This document shows, in pieces, positions 9,901 through 19,284 of a stretch of 64,000 bases of DNA. The translations under genes and the position numbers were made by a program. The notes under the pieces were generated by a model that saw only the letters and a program-made list of their open reading frames with translations, did not search any database and was not told the origin of the DNA. The DNA is taken from the sequence record MW825358.1; one strand, 5' to 3'. The stretch's first letter is position 1. The number at the start of each line of letters is the position of its first letter.

Positions 9901-11354
9901 CCCAGGATCTTATTGGCCATATCACCGCTGGCGGTTTTGATATCCGTAAACTCACGGCGATCGGTGTTGTACACCTGACGCATGGCGGCCGGATCATGGA
10001 TACGTGCCAGATGGTTTTCCATCCGCGACAAGAACCCAGGGATGATCTCCACCAACGTGCGGCGCGATTGCTTGTCCCAACTGACCGGCTTGTCTTCATC
10101 ATCCAGTCCCCCACGACCCACGGTCGTGTTCATCTGGTAGGAAGCAAACAGGCTCTTGAGCAGCTCCTCGCCCATACCCAAGAACCCTTCACGCTTGGTG
10201 GGGGTGCGGGCATAACGGCTCAGATGCAACGGCAAGGACTTGGTCATGTCCGTGGTGCGGTGTAAGAACCCGCCCAACTGGGCCATGCGCGGGGAGCGCT
10301 GGGTCAACCACTTCGCTGCCTTGGGACCTAAGAAGTCAGCCCCTAAGTTCACCGCGCCAGAGCCTGCCATCTGGGCCAGCAATTCCATCATCGGAATGTC
10401 TTGACCCATCTCAGACATCCCCAAGGCGTCATTGGCACCACCGGCCAACTCACGCACCTGGGACTTTAACCGATCGGTCATGCGACCAAAGTAGTTACTG
10501 GCAAACTTACCGGCCGAATCTTGCATCGAACCGAGCATGCGCTGGCGGAAACTGGCCGAGGCTGAATGGCGCAGATCCTGTTTGGCAATATCGGGCATAG
10601 CCGTGTTGGTGACCAATGCATCCAGGCTGGCCTTGAGCATGCGGGCACTGTCAACTTGCAAACGCAGCTGATCACGGGTCAGGAAATATTGCCGGGTCTG
10701 CAGTTCCAAAGAACGACGCTGGAACTTGTTGGTGACCTCATCTTGGTAGTTCACCAAACGCATGATGCCTTGCTGCATCACGTTCAAGGCTTTGAGCTGA
10801 TTGCGGGCGTTGTGCTGAGATTCCAGATGCTGGAGCTGACGCTCCACCCGGTTCTCGGCATTTTGCCGGGCATCATTTTCCATTTGCACGCCAAAGACTT
10901 CACCTAAGGAGCGCTTGATCTCCTCAGCATCTTGCTGGCCTTGCGAATAGTTTTCAGAATGTTCGGTGTGCTTGGAGAACTCTTCCAAGCGTTGGGCCAC
11001 ACTGCGCGGTAGGAATTTCTTGGCTTTGGGCAAGTTACGCTGCGTAAGACGGCGCATGATGGGGAGCGAGGGCTCCAACTCCTTCATGGCGATATTATGT
11101 AGCTCTTGTCCTTGCCGATAGATTTCAGTGGCAGTATTAATGGCCGTGCCGTATCCTTTCGGCAGTGAATTAGACGCAATGGACCGCATGGTCGACGGCG
11201 TCTTCAGACCACTTAAGGCCCCTTGGGCGAAATTTGTCGCGACTCGTTGAATGACGCCACGTTTCTTAGTTTCAGACGTGGGGCCAAACGGGTCATCGAA
11301 CTCATAGTCCAATGAGCGATCCCAATCAAGATCGCCCAGCTTTTGCTTTGCCAT
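3975..11354 (-). CDS. Giant tail-associated lytic transglycosylase / tape-measure-like protein, phiKZ gp181-like (2459 aa)
   Basis: C-terminal SLT motifs: YAIASIESTFNP (catalytic Glu), SASGLFQF, DPKANALMGAMFL, YMAHFMGAG; central Gly/Ala-rich hydrophobic stretch; divergent from the virion RNAP beta' gene. Confidence 0.9.
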   Translation of the reverse strand: MAKQKLGDLDWDRSLDYEFDDPFGPTSETKKRGVIQRVATNFAQGALSGLKTPSTMRSIASNSLPKGYGTAINTATEIYRQGQELHNIAMKELEPSLPIMRRLTQRNLPKAKKFLPRSVAQRLEEFSKHTEHSENYSQGQQDAEEIKRSLGEVFGVQMENDARQNAENRVERQLQHLESQHNARNQLKALNVMQQGIMRLVNYQDEVTNKFQRRSLELQTRQYFLTRDQLRLQVDSARMLKASLDALVTNTAMPDIAKQDLRHSASASFRQRMLGSMQDSAGKFASNYFGRMTDRLKSQVRELAGGANDALGMSEMGQDIPMMELLAQMAGSGAVNLGADFLGPKAAKWLTQRSPRMAQLGGFLHRTTDMTKSLPLHLSRYARTPTKREGFLGMGEELLKSLFASYQMNTTVGRGGLDDEDKPVSWDKQSRRTLVEIIPGFLSRMENHLARIHDPAAMRQVYNTDRREFTDIKTASGDMANKILGKDRRANVRYQVEQFIDELIGKTPISEKTRKGLFRQLLLDSGNGEPFDPSRYTSPGSVTPELDAQAKMELATIFSKVGRRKDGKADQVWLSERSDSYNTLDFGSVAPISAAGAYRSAGYRDLLADQGLLTRDGLKDNLNLSRVLDMIQDADYGDLKQQKKLSPAERAKISAATATMGKLRGKEAAALDLFIPGGAKPVLEGAKLFGGAYVDELTGRAIKEWKDIKAGVIDLTTGEPVVSVDQLKNGLVDRSGKAYTFNVDAAIRARSNSSTAGTPNWAQDAFNPTAARSANVTRLRTAAPVRQDDPLDQPEPAPSAPIQAQSWFEAQPAFKMDDAELLRVGNEQLDMLKVIAGLIEAQGPNAGAGEGGGTFRRGFLDTLAIGGAKGAWAALKGVGKAQWWWTKKVAGGMAGSVGAAASGVGAVVQGGSHRLGNLVRGIKDIYVQGERRPIMIAQRIKMGHYQDVNTKKKITRWNDVTGPVIDLTTGETILDQEDFEKGLFVKGPAGLVRLATKSLLGFGSAVAGFYGQVLALPYKVASAGLKAVTTTMKWAFNKQVDVYVKGESSPRLKAEKMKLGRYYNVNPKKMGKVVSTYDDIYGEIKELGKGAHKAQADDKTVLYEDEISNPGLTGRWGLPLATPAARLIGAVGGAAVSVIKGAGALFGGALKGYGKLFGGMMGLGGGLLGAPFKFLGSLLNPFEKHGAKQVEWLERIFNVLDTRLPGKKARKGSWQDQFDKRDAEAKDEATQKQEAERERKWGVGGLLSFFKNKAKGLFGFGGDEEEDEDDDDGGDTTVIMGGGDDGKDKDGKKKVGGKKGSRARNKQARALRRQRAARGKKGFFSRMKGGGLKGLLNPKALLTSALISGGTGYAMDALGADEDSTTGKVINGVGDAAGTASNVMFMAQLARAVPWLGSLMGAGAGGGAAATAVGATGAAATGATAAAGTAAAAGGVSAGTALGTAAAGTAGTAAAVVGAPIWIPVAIGAAALAAAGTGIYFAHKQLKYGKLTPIRRFRYLQYGVEPGDAANNKLIYQLEELLMDHVGERNGGLEILGKSNSGGKDITMKDVYDLFDMDDGWFSNKAQQRMVFNVWYAQRFKPIFLTWVKNLRNIDPTKSILEADEDMEGAKQTKLVTAAWAISKSLYAIKAGPFEGTEAVTDLNAIEDAYNLAMKEAGKSEADKSKDKFKNRVKSVMNWVSPGSSLLMNYFDNQRDEEKAKADAADLTVKKIEENSGQKMLATTGAVTLTKGADSLLSTTLARTGKVSALQAIRYRAYGLKDLDTDRVRALAALETMVFNQVSISSAGNARLQTDGERLYYEAAGLFGQSAADPVARKRWAFWFGNRFWPICAAYMGAINRLAPSADMKQPEKTLKAAQLMEVAQDIMNAKSSEGESVWFYVASPWSAQEKLNTDSKIISGSMLVLKMQADKKVAVEEKLAGAAAAVNQKKGMLDNMMDSLKSGAQKASDWLLGKEGERNWLGKAVDGVSNTASSMWQGTKNAYSQASAGNYGQALGTIGNVAITPAMGVAGALGYGPGLSHPGKGTGGDINALPNVPSNAEIAGMKPAQRFAVLKPLFDAVAKMTGVDPNMLYAIASIESTFNPGAKAPTSSASGLFQFINGTWGNMIGKYGAKFGLSPNASPFDPKANALMGAMFLKDNFNFLKSRLSRGVNETDMYMAHFMGAGGAAKFLSADPKLNAVQSFPKEAKANPWIFYQMQKQGNRSVPNMSAPNTVGGVYQLMQQKVNKAQAVYGGRVQGSGTADLSKVSSSAIAATASGNPAAQASPSAVPSTTTTTLNAGGGVGAVQASKSPAVSASTGGTNMLATGGGYAGMLNAQATSAPSITSAGSLEAAAAANAAEEAKKAQLAERERQARQVQVRAAEVQTQLQQQTDQAQMSRVGEILQQSLDVQKQIAVNTQGTLDTLRELMRKGLSGASQEASNSRKPADNAPETRPAPQRPTDRRSTQVPVSMGFTNG

Positions 11355-11419
11355 TGTTTTCTCCAGGCCTGATTATCGTCAGGCCATAGGCCCTCATCAT
11401 AGTTTAAGGAACCTTCTAG

Positions 11420-13459
11420 ATGTCTCCCAACGAGCTTCCTTTCAATGTGGAGATTTTCCAGCCCACCCAAGCTGTCCTGGACATGCTCAAGCCAGTGTCC
11501 AGCGTGGACTACTACGAGAACACCAAGGGCGATCTCCATGAGGAGGGCCTGTTCTCGATTAGCATCTTCGGACGCATGGGTGATGAAGCGCGCGATAAGC
11601 GTTTCTCCTACATTGACATCAAGACCCAGATTTTCCATCCCATCATTTACAATCGTTTGATCCGTTTGAAGAAGCTCTACCAGGGCATCCTCAATGGTGA
11701 TCAATATGCCGTATGGGACGAGGCGCGCCGTGACTTCTTTCCTGCCAATGCGCTGGAAGGACAAACCGGCTTTGCCTTTTTCTGCGAGCACTGGAAAAAG
11801 ATCCAGTTCAACCGCAACACCTCTGACGTGCGCGAGATGCGTGTCAAGGTCATTGAGAAGTACCGCGATCGGGCCATGACCAGTAAGATCTTGGTGATCC
11901 CGGCGGGTATGCGTGATATTGAGGTGGACGAGAATGGTCGCACCAATGTCAATGAGATCAACGCGCTGTATCGAAAGTTGATTTCAATCTCGCGAGTGTT
12001 GCCAGATAATGCCGAGCCCAATGACCCTAACCAGAATCTGGCCCGGCGGTTATTGCAAGCCTGTTTCAATGATATCTACGATCTGATTGAAACCATGCTC
12101 TCTGGCAAGGAAGGCTTCTTCCAATCTAAGTGGTCCTCACGTAACGTGGTGAACTCCACCCGTAATGTGATCACCGCCATGGATACGTCTGTGGCCAAAC
12201 TCGGTGCGCGCAATGCCCCGCGCTTTACCGATACGATCGTAGGTCTTTGGCAGCTGTCCAAGGCTGTCTTGCCTGTAACGATCCACCACTTGAAAAACGG
12301 CTACCTGTCTGAAGTCTTTGCCTACGGCAATCGTACCGCACGCCTGGTCGATCCGACCACGCTCAAAGCTGAGATGGTCGATGTCTCCCCTGATGCCTTT
12401 GATCGGTGGAACACCGTAGAGGGGTTAGAGCGGGTGGTGTCCAGTTACAAAGAGTTCTCTTTGCGCAGTCGTCCTGTCACTGTCGATGAGCGCTATTTGG
12501 CGCTGTTGTATGCCCCCAAGGGCGCGGCGGTGTTCAAGCTCTTTTCTGACATCGATGAGTTGCCAGAAGGGGCTGACCGTAAAGACGTTCGCCCGGTTAA
12601 CTTGATGGAACTGCTGTACCTGTCTGGGTACAAGATCTGGAATGACCAGGTCGGCACGGTCACCCGCTATCCGGTGACCAACGTGGGCAGTTGCTATCCC
12701 ACCACGGTCTATGTCAAGACCACCGTGGTCGGTGAGATGCGTCGTGAGTTAGGTGATGACTGGCAGCCCCTGCCAGGCGATGAACATCTGGCCCCAGAGT
12801 TCCCCACCTATCAGCCCTTGGCTTATCAAGATAGTCTTGTCATCCCCAGCACCCGTCTTGCGGGTCTGGGAGCCGATAACCTTCTGTGCACAGCAGAAGG
12901 TAAGTCCTGTGCGCTGGCGACGGTGCGCTTGCATTTCCCTTAATTGCTGGGAACCCTTGTTAAACATACAGGCTACAACGTGGGACGAAAGTCCGAGCGT
13001 GAATGCTTGAAAACTGTATGGTAGAGGCAATCAGCAGCTGATCCCCTTTGTGATTCCGCTTTTTAGCGTTGATAGCATGGGGCGAGTTCAACGACTATCC
13101 CGTAGCTGGGAGTACACCGGAATGGCCGGTGGAAATAGGGAAACTTCTCGAATCTGCGTCTGGGCAAAACGCTGCGAGAAGAAGATATAGTCTGGCCTGC
13201 AGGGAGACCTGCAGCAGTGGAGCTGTAGTTGCGGCAGTCACCACGCACCTGAGGGGAAACGACCACAGGTGGAACACATGCGTTTGACGGAGACACGGCC
13301 AGCTTTGTGGCCATCTATACCGATGCCAAGAATGACATCATCAACTACCTGAATAGCAAGCAAGCCTACGTTGATCCCATCGGCGGTATTCGTACCAGTG
13401 CCGGGGTGGATACAGTCAACTTGTTCCTGCGCAGCTTTACCGGTAACCCCGACAGCTGA
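11420..13459 (+). CDS. Virion RNAP beta'-like subunit (phiKZ gp180-like), spliced join(11420..12877,13283..13459), 544 aa
   Basis: Exon 1 ends RLAGLGAD; exon 2 starts FDGDTASFVAI; joining restores the catalytic ADFDGD motif. Also LSGKEG, TRYP motifs of beta'. Confidence 0.92.
12878..13282 (+). mobile_element. Group I self-splicing intron (405 nt, no homing endonuclease ORF)
   Basis: 5' exon ends in U, intron ends in G; P AATTGCTGGGAA (12942), Q AATCAGCAGC (13029), R GTTCAACGACTA (13086), S AAGATATAGTC (13182); removal restores frame and the DFDGD motif. Confidence 0.93.
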
Positions 13460-13477
13460 CTTTCTTTAGGATTTGAC

Positions 13478-14818
13478 ATGCGCCCTAATTTACAAGACGA
13501 AGTCGAATCCAGCGCTGCGCTGTTGGATTCTCTGGAAAGCTACAACGAAACACTCCTGCAGGATCTGCAGGAGCAAGTGTCCATGGAGTCTCACCCACCC
13601 AAGATCGAGTATCTGCGTCAACGTGAGTTGAAAGATATCGAACAGCGTTTGGGTATGGAAGGCCTGGACATGCAGGGCGTCAAGGACTTGTTCTCAGCCA
13701 TTGGCCGAGGAGCCAATGCCTTAGGTCATGGCTTTATGAAGTTCTTAGATGCGATCCACCGTTTGGTCGATACCACCCATCTGGTGCGTGCGCGCCAACT
13801 GAAGGAGTCCTTCAAAGCCATCTCTAAGGAAGAGGCGGCTATTCAGAAGGGCCGCATGGAACGCCCCAAGATTGCCGCAGCCTTGGCGGTGGGCGGGGAA
13901 GTGTCAGGTTTATTGGGTCAAGCCAAAGGTCTGGTGGATTTCTCTCGTCGCACCACCACCAATGTCTTGCCCGAGCTGGCTTCGGTCAGCCGGCGCGTGG
14001 CGGCCCAGATCAATGCAAAGCGTTGGATGGGTAACGATGCGTTCAATGCAGAAGTGATAGAGCTGGCCAATATCTTGGGTACAGGCAAGCTGCCTATGGA
14101 GCGTTACCCAGACAAGGACTTTCAAAAGCTCTGGCCTGGTAACCGCACTATCTTCCGCACGATCAAGCCCAAGCGTCCACGCAAGGAACCTAACACCAAC
14201 TCTGTAACCGCGCGTAAGGTCGTGCAGGCCGTGAGCACTACTTCGGTGGGCATCAACGTCAAGTCTGATGTGGTCAAAGGTAAGGCAGATTCGATTCTGC
14301 CCGTACTGACGCCCGCCGAGGCCATCCAGCTCATCGAAGCGGCCGAGGCCTTGTTGCATGAGACTATTCGTGTCAAGGACGTGGCCAAGGGATATGCCAA
14401 GGATAAGGTTCCCTCGATGATCTCAATGATGATCTCTGGGTTCTTCCATCAAGCCGGGCGTGTCTATGATGACATGTTCACCGCCCAAGACGATGGCTAC
14501 CATGTGGTTGATATGTCAGGCGGTAAAGCCACCCGACATGAGGTGGGTACACGCAATACCCTTGGTAGCGTTGGTGCTTTGGCCGATGGCGTGCGCAAGG
14601 GCGCCAAGGTGGGACTGTTGTCTTTGGAAGAAGACACCGTTTCCATGGAAGATGACAAGGATGAACTGCGGGTGCAACTGGCATCGTGGGTCAGCCGTTA
14701 TCTGAAGCTGTCTTTGATTGATCACCACAAGACCAGCCGTGCTTTGCTTTTGCTCTTGGTGGCTGTTGCCCGCAGCTATCTGGATTATGCAGAAGAGAGC
14801 TTGGACTACTACCGTTGA
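13478..14818 (+). CDS. Probable internal head (ejection) protein with cleavable propeptide (446 aa)
   Basis: Acidic N-terminus with VSMES and LGMEG matching the S/A/G-x-E prohead-protease site, followed by an amphipathic helix; lies in the late virion-RNAP operon. Confidence 0.65.
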   Translation: MRPNLQDEVESSAALLDSLESYNETLLQDLQEQVSMESHPPKIEYLRQRELKDIEQRLGMEGLDMQGVKDLFSAIGRGANALGHGFMKFLDAIHRLVDTTHLVRARQLKESFKAISKEEAAIQKGRMERPKIAAALAVGGEVSGLLGQAKGLVDFSRRTTTNVLPELASVSRRVAAQINAKRWMGNDAFNAEVIELANILGTGKLPMERYPDKDFQKLWPGNRTIFRTIKPKRPRKEPNTNSVTARKVVQAVSTTSVGINVKSDVVKGKADSILPVLTPAEAIQLIEAAEALLHETIRVKDVAKGYAKDKVPSMISMMISGFFHQAGRVYDDMFTAQDDGYHVVDMSGGKATRHEVGTRNTLGSVGALADGVRKGAKVGLLSLEEDTVSMEDDKDELRVQLASWVSRYLKLSLIDHHKTSRALLLLLVAVARSYLDYAEESLDYYR

Positions 14819-14889
14819 TCCCATGCCCTTAACGACTGGACGGAGGGCCTCAAGCCTTCCGTCCAGTTATCCTGTCTAAAAGGTGCTAC

Positions 14890-17800
14890 ATGCTCACGTT
14901 TACCCAGCAAGAAGCCGACGTTTCGATCAGCATGGAAGCCATGCCGGTCTATGCGCCGTACTTCCGGCGCTATGGTGTCCTTCGCGCTGTCCAGCTGGCC
15001 ATGCCTAAGCTGAACAAGCTCGAGACTCTGGAGCTGCCTAAAGAGACCATCTTGCATTACATGCCCGAAGATGAGTCTGAATTTGGTTTGGATCAGGACA
15101 ACCCGATTCTGGCCAACAACACTCGCATCTTGATGACCCACCATGTCACCGAGTTGGGAGATAACAAGGGTAACCCGCGCACCTTACCGGTGCCGGCCAA
15201 CCAACTCAAGCGCGAGTACCACCGCAAGAACCGCCGTACCCGTGAGACCACTCGCCCAGAGTCGGTCATGCGCGATCCGGTGACCATTGCCGTGGAGAAC
15301 TATGCGCTGCTCAATCATCTTTATCGCTACCCGATCAACTACTTCCGCAGTTACTACAAGTGGTGGAACACCCAGGCTGCCTTGTGGAAGCGTGCGGGCG
15401 AGCTGGGTCGGGACTATCCCAACCGCCATCAGTTCTTGATGTGCAAGCTACCCACGTTGTTGCCTTCGATCAATTTGCTGCGCCGCGGTGAAGGGGAAAT
15501 GACCCGTAACCTGCTACCCAGCTTTGTTCAGCCTGAAGCGCTGATGGTGCTGGAGCTGTGGAAGTGGTTAGGTCCTAAGCGTGAGGCCTCGGTCCTGTCC
15601 CTGGCCAAGCCCGAACAGCTGCGGCAGATGAACTTGATCTTTGTTGAACAAGATCGTTGGATCGTGCTGAACCTGGGACTGTTGGACCAGTGGCGCAAGC
15701 GTGTGGAAGGCGAGGCCGATTGGCAGACCCATGGCGGTGTGCTCGAACCGATCATGTTGCAAAAGCGCTTCTTGCGCGTGCTGATGACCTTGATGGAAGT
15801 GCGCACGGTCAATGACAGCGATAACGTCCTGGCACCTGCCGCTCAGATTGACACGGCTGAAGTGCCGGTGGAAACCAGCGGAAATGGCGATGGGACCGTG
15901 GGTGATAGCTCCATGCTCGTGGCCCGGGCTGAGCCGGTCAAACTGGCCATCCCCACCGAAGACGGTAAGACCACCAAGGTCAAGCTGACGGCCAATCTGA
16001 ATTTGGATCGCCTGCCTGAGGCTTTGGTGGAGGAAACCGAAGAGAACATTGCCGCTATTGATGATGCCATCACCAAGGACTTAGAAGCGCTGGACCATTT
16101 AATGGCCCGCTTTGAAGAGCGCAAGCAAGATGGGCTGGAAGATTCGCCGGTGGATACCTCCACAGGTGAGGTCGATGCCATGCGCAAGTACGAACCGCAA
16201 AGCCGGACCTTGGAAGGCAGTGTCATGGCCGTGGTGGATATCCAGGCTGATGCCGGGCGGATCTCTGGTGCTGAATACCGGCGCATGAGTGCTTTGTCCA
16301 CCGCCTATCAGCGTTTGCCCAATCCTTTTGGGGAGGGGACCTTGGCTGATATGACCGTGGTGCCGGCAGAGGATCTGATCCTGCCCACCACCGCACAGAT
16401 GCCCGACATGGTCAGCGTGCCGGACAAGACCATGCTCAAGTCCACCATCAGCGACTTTGACAAGCAGTACCTGTCAAAGGTCTATCGCAAGGATCTGGTC
16501 CGCTCGATCTTGGCGGTACAACACGCCGGTGTGGCGGTGACGGGCTTGCAGATGGATGAGTACCGGGATGCTTTAAACCACTATGAAGAATACAGCCTGC
16601 AATTGACGCCGGCGGTGGGTAAGGTCTCTACGGTGAACTTCAAGCTGCCTGTCATTCGTGCCGATGGTACGTATATCGACAACGGAACCCGGTGCCGACT
16701 GCGCAAGCAGCGCGGTGATATGCCGATCCGCAAGATGTCACCGGCCGATGTGGTGCTCACCAGCTATTACGGTAAGCTCTTTGTCTCGCGCTCTGAAAAG
16801 CAAGTACACAACTACCCGGGTTGGCTGACAAACCAGATTGCCGCCCAGGCCATGGATGAGACCAACACCAAGATCACCAATTCGATGATTGCTGATGTGT
16901 CGGATACTGAAATCCGCACCCCGCGTATCTACTCGATGATGGCCGCTCGCTTCCGTTCTTTCCACGTCCATTACCCGGACATGGCCGATTACCAGTTCTT
17001 CTTTGACTACCATGCCCGTGAGGCCGAGTTTGGCAAGGAGCGCGTGGAGGCCGCAGAGCGGGATGGTTTGCTGGTCATCGGTAAGCAAGGGGAGAATCTG
17101 CTGGTGGTGGATAACACCAACACCATCTACCGGGCCCAAGGTCTGGAGCTGGAGACGATCGGGTCGATGGAGACCATCTTGGGTGTGTCGGGTATTGCCC
17201 CCACCGAGATGGCTGAGATCCGGGTGTTCTCTAAGCAGATTCCCATTGGCCTGCTGCTGGCTTATCAGTTGGGCGTGTCTGAGCTGTTCAAGCTCATGGG
17301 CGTAACCCCGCGCAAAGTCCCCACCGGTGTGCGTGCGCACCTGAGCGATGATGAAGTTGCCATTCGCTTTGAAGATGAGATGTGGATCTTCCCGCAAGAC
17401 CGCAGTGCCCGGACCTTGATCCTGTCGGGACTGGCCAGCTATGAGCGCATTACGCGTAACTATCCGGCCTACCTGTTTGATCGCAAGGACATTTACTTCA
17501 ACGTGTTAGAGCAGGCCGGTATTGGACTGCGCTATCTGCGTGAGATGGACATGATGGTGGAGATGTTTGTTGATCCCATCACCGAGGACATCTTGAAGGA
17601 GATGAAAGAGCCGACCGATTTCATTGGTCTGCTACTGCGCGCCTGTCAGCTGCTTGAGACTGATTGGTCTCCGGCTGAGACCGATATGGAACATCAGCGC
17701 TTGAAGGGGTATGAGCGCATTACCGGTACGGTGTATGCGGAGTTGATCAAGGCCATGCGCGTTCAGCGCTCACGCGGCTCCATTGCCAATGCCAAGATTG

Positions 17801-19281
17801 ACTTGCACCCCGATGCGGTGTGGATCAATATCCAACGCGATCCGGCAGTGAAGCTGGTGGAAGAATCCAACCCGGTGCACAACTTGCGCGAGCGAGAGGA
17901 AGTGACCTTCTCTGGTACTGGTGGTCGCAGTGCCCGTTCGATGGTAGCGCGCACCCGCGTGTTCCATAAGAACGACATGGGTGTGATCTCTGAGTCGACC
18001 AAAGACTCGGCGGATGTGGCCATCACGACATTCACCCCGGCCGATCCGACCTTGGTGGACGTGCGTGGTACCACCCGGCGCTTTGATCCGCGCAAAGACG
18101 GCATTACCTCAGTGATGTCCTCCCCTGCCCTGTTGTCTCCGGGCGCAGATCGTGATGATCCCAAGCGTGTGAACTTCATTCCCATCCAGCACAGCTCTGG
18201 TACCTTTGCCAAGGGCTATAAGCCCACTCCGCTGCGCACGGGCTATGAGCGTGTAATGGCACATCGGTGCGATGACATGTTTGCGGTGGCCTCTGAGCAA
18301 GAGGGCACGGTAACGGCGCTGACCGACAAGGGCATGGTGGTGACTTATCTTGACGGGAGCACCCGCTCCATTCAGTTGGGTCGTCGCTTTGGCAAGGCCG
18401 GTTCGATGTCATTCCCGCATCAACTCGCCACCAGCTTAACGCAAGGTCAGTCCTTTAAGAAGGGTGAGATCTTGGCCTACAACGAGCGCTACTTCCAACC
18501 GGATCTGCTGACCCCGGGACAGGTGGTGTGGAAGGCAGGCTTGCTGGTAACCACAGCGATCATGGAAAATCCAGATACTCTGGAAGACTCCTCGGTGATC
18601 TCTGCTGAGGTGGCTGAGGAGCTGGAAACGGAAGTTTCTTCGATTCGCGACATCATTGTCTCCTTCGACCAGGCGGTGCATGGGTTGATTGAACCTGGGA
18701 CCCCGGTCGATATCGATGATATCCTATGTACGATCGAGGACGCCGTCACGGCCGAGAACAACTTGTTTGACGATAGCTCGTTAGATACGTTGCGCTTGAT
18801 TGCCGCCAACACCCCGCGAGCCAAATACAAGGGTGTGGTCGAAAAGGTGGAGGTCTTCTACCATGGTGAGATGGACGACATGTCCGCCACCTTGTCAGAG
18901 ATTGCCAGTGCCTCAGATCGGGATCGTAAGCGTCAAGCCCGTGCGTTGCAGCAACCAGCGCTGACTGGCAAGGTCAATGCATCCACGCGTATCCAAGGCA
19001 GTCCCCTGCCGGTAGACAACTTGCTCATTCGTGTATACATCACCGGACCTGTACCGGCAGGTGTGGGCGATAAGGGTGTGTTTGCCAACCAGATGAAGAC
19101 CGTCTTTGGTCGTGTGATGCACGGCGTGAACGAAACGGCTTCCGGTACACCGTTGGGTGCGATCTTCAGCTACCAGTCCATTTCCAACCGTATTGTGCGG
19201 TCACCGGAAATCATCGGTGTTACCAACACTTTGCTCAAGCTCATTAGTAAACGCGTCGTCAAGGCGTACAAGGAAACCTAA
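14890..19281 (+). CDS. Virion RNAP beta-like subunit, phiKZ gp178-like (1463 aa)
   Basis: RVNFIPIQHS, GVGDKGVFANQMKTV (GDK motif), EDS motif; synteny with beta', small subunit and protease. Confidence 0.92.
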   Translation: MLTFTQQEADVSISMEAMPVYAPYFRRYGVLRAVQLAMPKLNKLETLELPKETILHYMPEDESEFGLDQDNPILANNTRILMTHHVTELGDNKGNPRTLPVPANQLKREYHRKNRRTRETTRPESVMRDPVTIAVENYALLNHLYRYPINYFRSYYKWWNTQAALWKRAGELGRDYPNRHQFLMCKLPTLLPSINLLRRGEGEMTRNLLPSFVQPEALMVLELWKWLGPKREASVLSLAKPEQLRQMNLIFVEQDRWIVLNLGLLDQWRKRVEGEADWQTHGGVLEPIMLQKRFLRVLMTLMEVRTVNDSDNVLAPAAQIDTAEVPVETSGNGDGTVGDSSMLVARAEPVKLAIPTEDGKTTKVKLTANLNLDRLPEALVEETEENIAAIDDAITKDLEALDHLMARFEERKQDGLEDSPVDTSTGEVDAMRKYEPQSRTLEGSVMAVVDIQADAGRISGAEYRRMSALSTAYQRLPNPFGEGTLADMTVVPAEDLILPTTAQMPDMVSVPDKTMLKSTISDFDKQYLSKVYRKDLVRSILAVQHAGVAVTGLQMDEYRDALNHYEEYSLQLTPAVGKVSTVNFKLPVIRADGTYIDNGTRCRLRKQRGDMPIRKMSPADVVLTSYYGKLFVSRSEKQVHNYPGWLTNQIAAQAMDETNTKITNSMIADVSDTEIRTPRIYSMMAARFRSFHVHYPDMADYQFFFDYHAREAEFGKERVEAAERDGLLVIGKQGENLLVVDNTNTIYRAQGLELETIGSMETILGVSGIAPTEMAEIRVFSKQIPIGLLLAYQLGVSELFKLMGVTPRKVPTGVRAHLSDDEVAIRFEDEMWIFPQDRSARTLILSGLASYERITRNYPAYLFDRKDIYFNVLEQAGIGLRYLREMDMMVEMFVDPITEDILKEMKEPTDFIGLLLRACQLLETDWSPAETDMEHQRLKGYERITGTVYAELIKAMRVQRSRGSIANAKIDLHPDAVWINIQRDPAVKLVEESNPVHNLREREEVTFSGTGGRSARSMVARTRVFHKNDMGVISESTKDSADVAITTFTPADPTLVDVRGTTRRFDPRKDGITSVMSSPALLSPGADRDDPKRVNFIPIQHSSGTFAKGYKPTPLRTGYERVMAHRCDDMFAVASEQEGTVTALTDKGMVVTYLDGSTRSIQLGRRFGKAGSMSFPHQLATSLTQGQSFKKGEILAYNERYFQPDLLTPGQVVWKAGLLVTTAIMENPDTLEDSSVISAEVAEELETEVSSIRDIIVSFDQAVHGLIEPGTPVDIDDILCTIEDAVTAENNLFDDSSLDTLRLIAANTPRAKYKGVVEKVEVFYHGEMDDMSATLSEIASASDRDRKRQARALQQPALTGKVNASTRIQGSPLPVDNLLIRVYITGPVPAGVGDKGVFANQMKTVFGRVMHGVNETASGTPLGAIFSYQSISNRIVRSPEIIGVTNTLLKLISKRVVKAYKET

Positions 19282-19284
19282 GTC

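Noticed and set aside
12878-12943. C-terminal residues NLLCTAEGK...LHFP of the 507-aa ORF
   Set aside because: Read-through into the intron; the real C-terminus is exon 2 (13283-13459)
13063-13314. Short ORFs (60-83 aa) inside intron 1 as a possible homing endonuclease
   Set aside because: Too short, no HNH/GIY-YIG/LAGLIDADG motif, and they overlap the catalytic R/S elements
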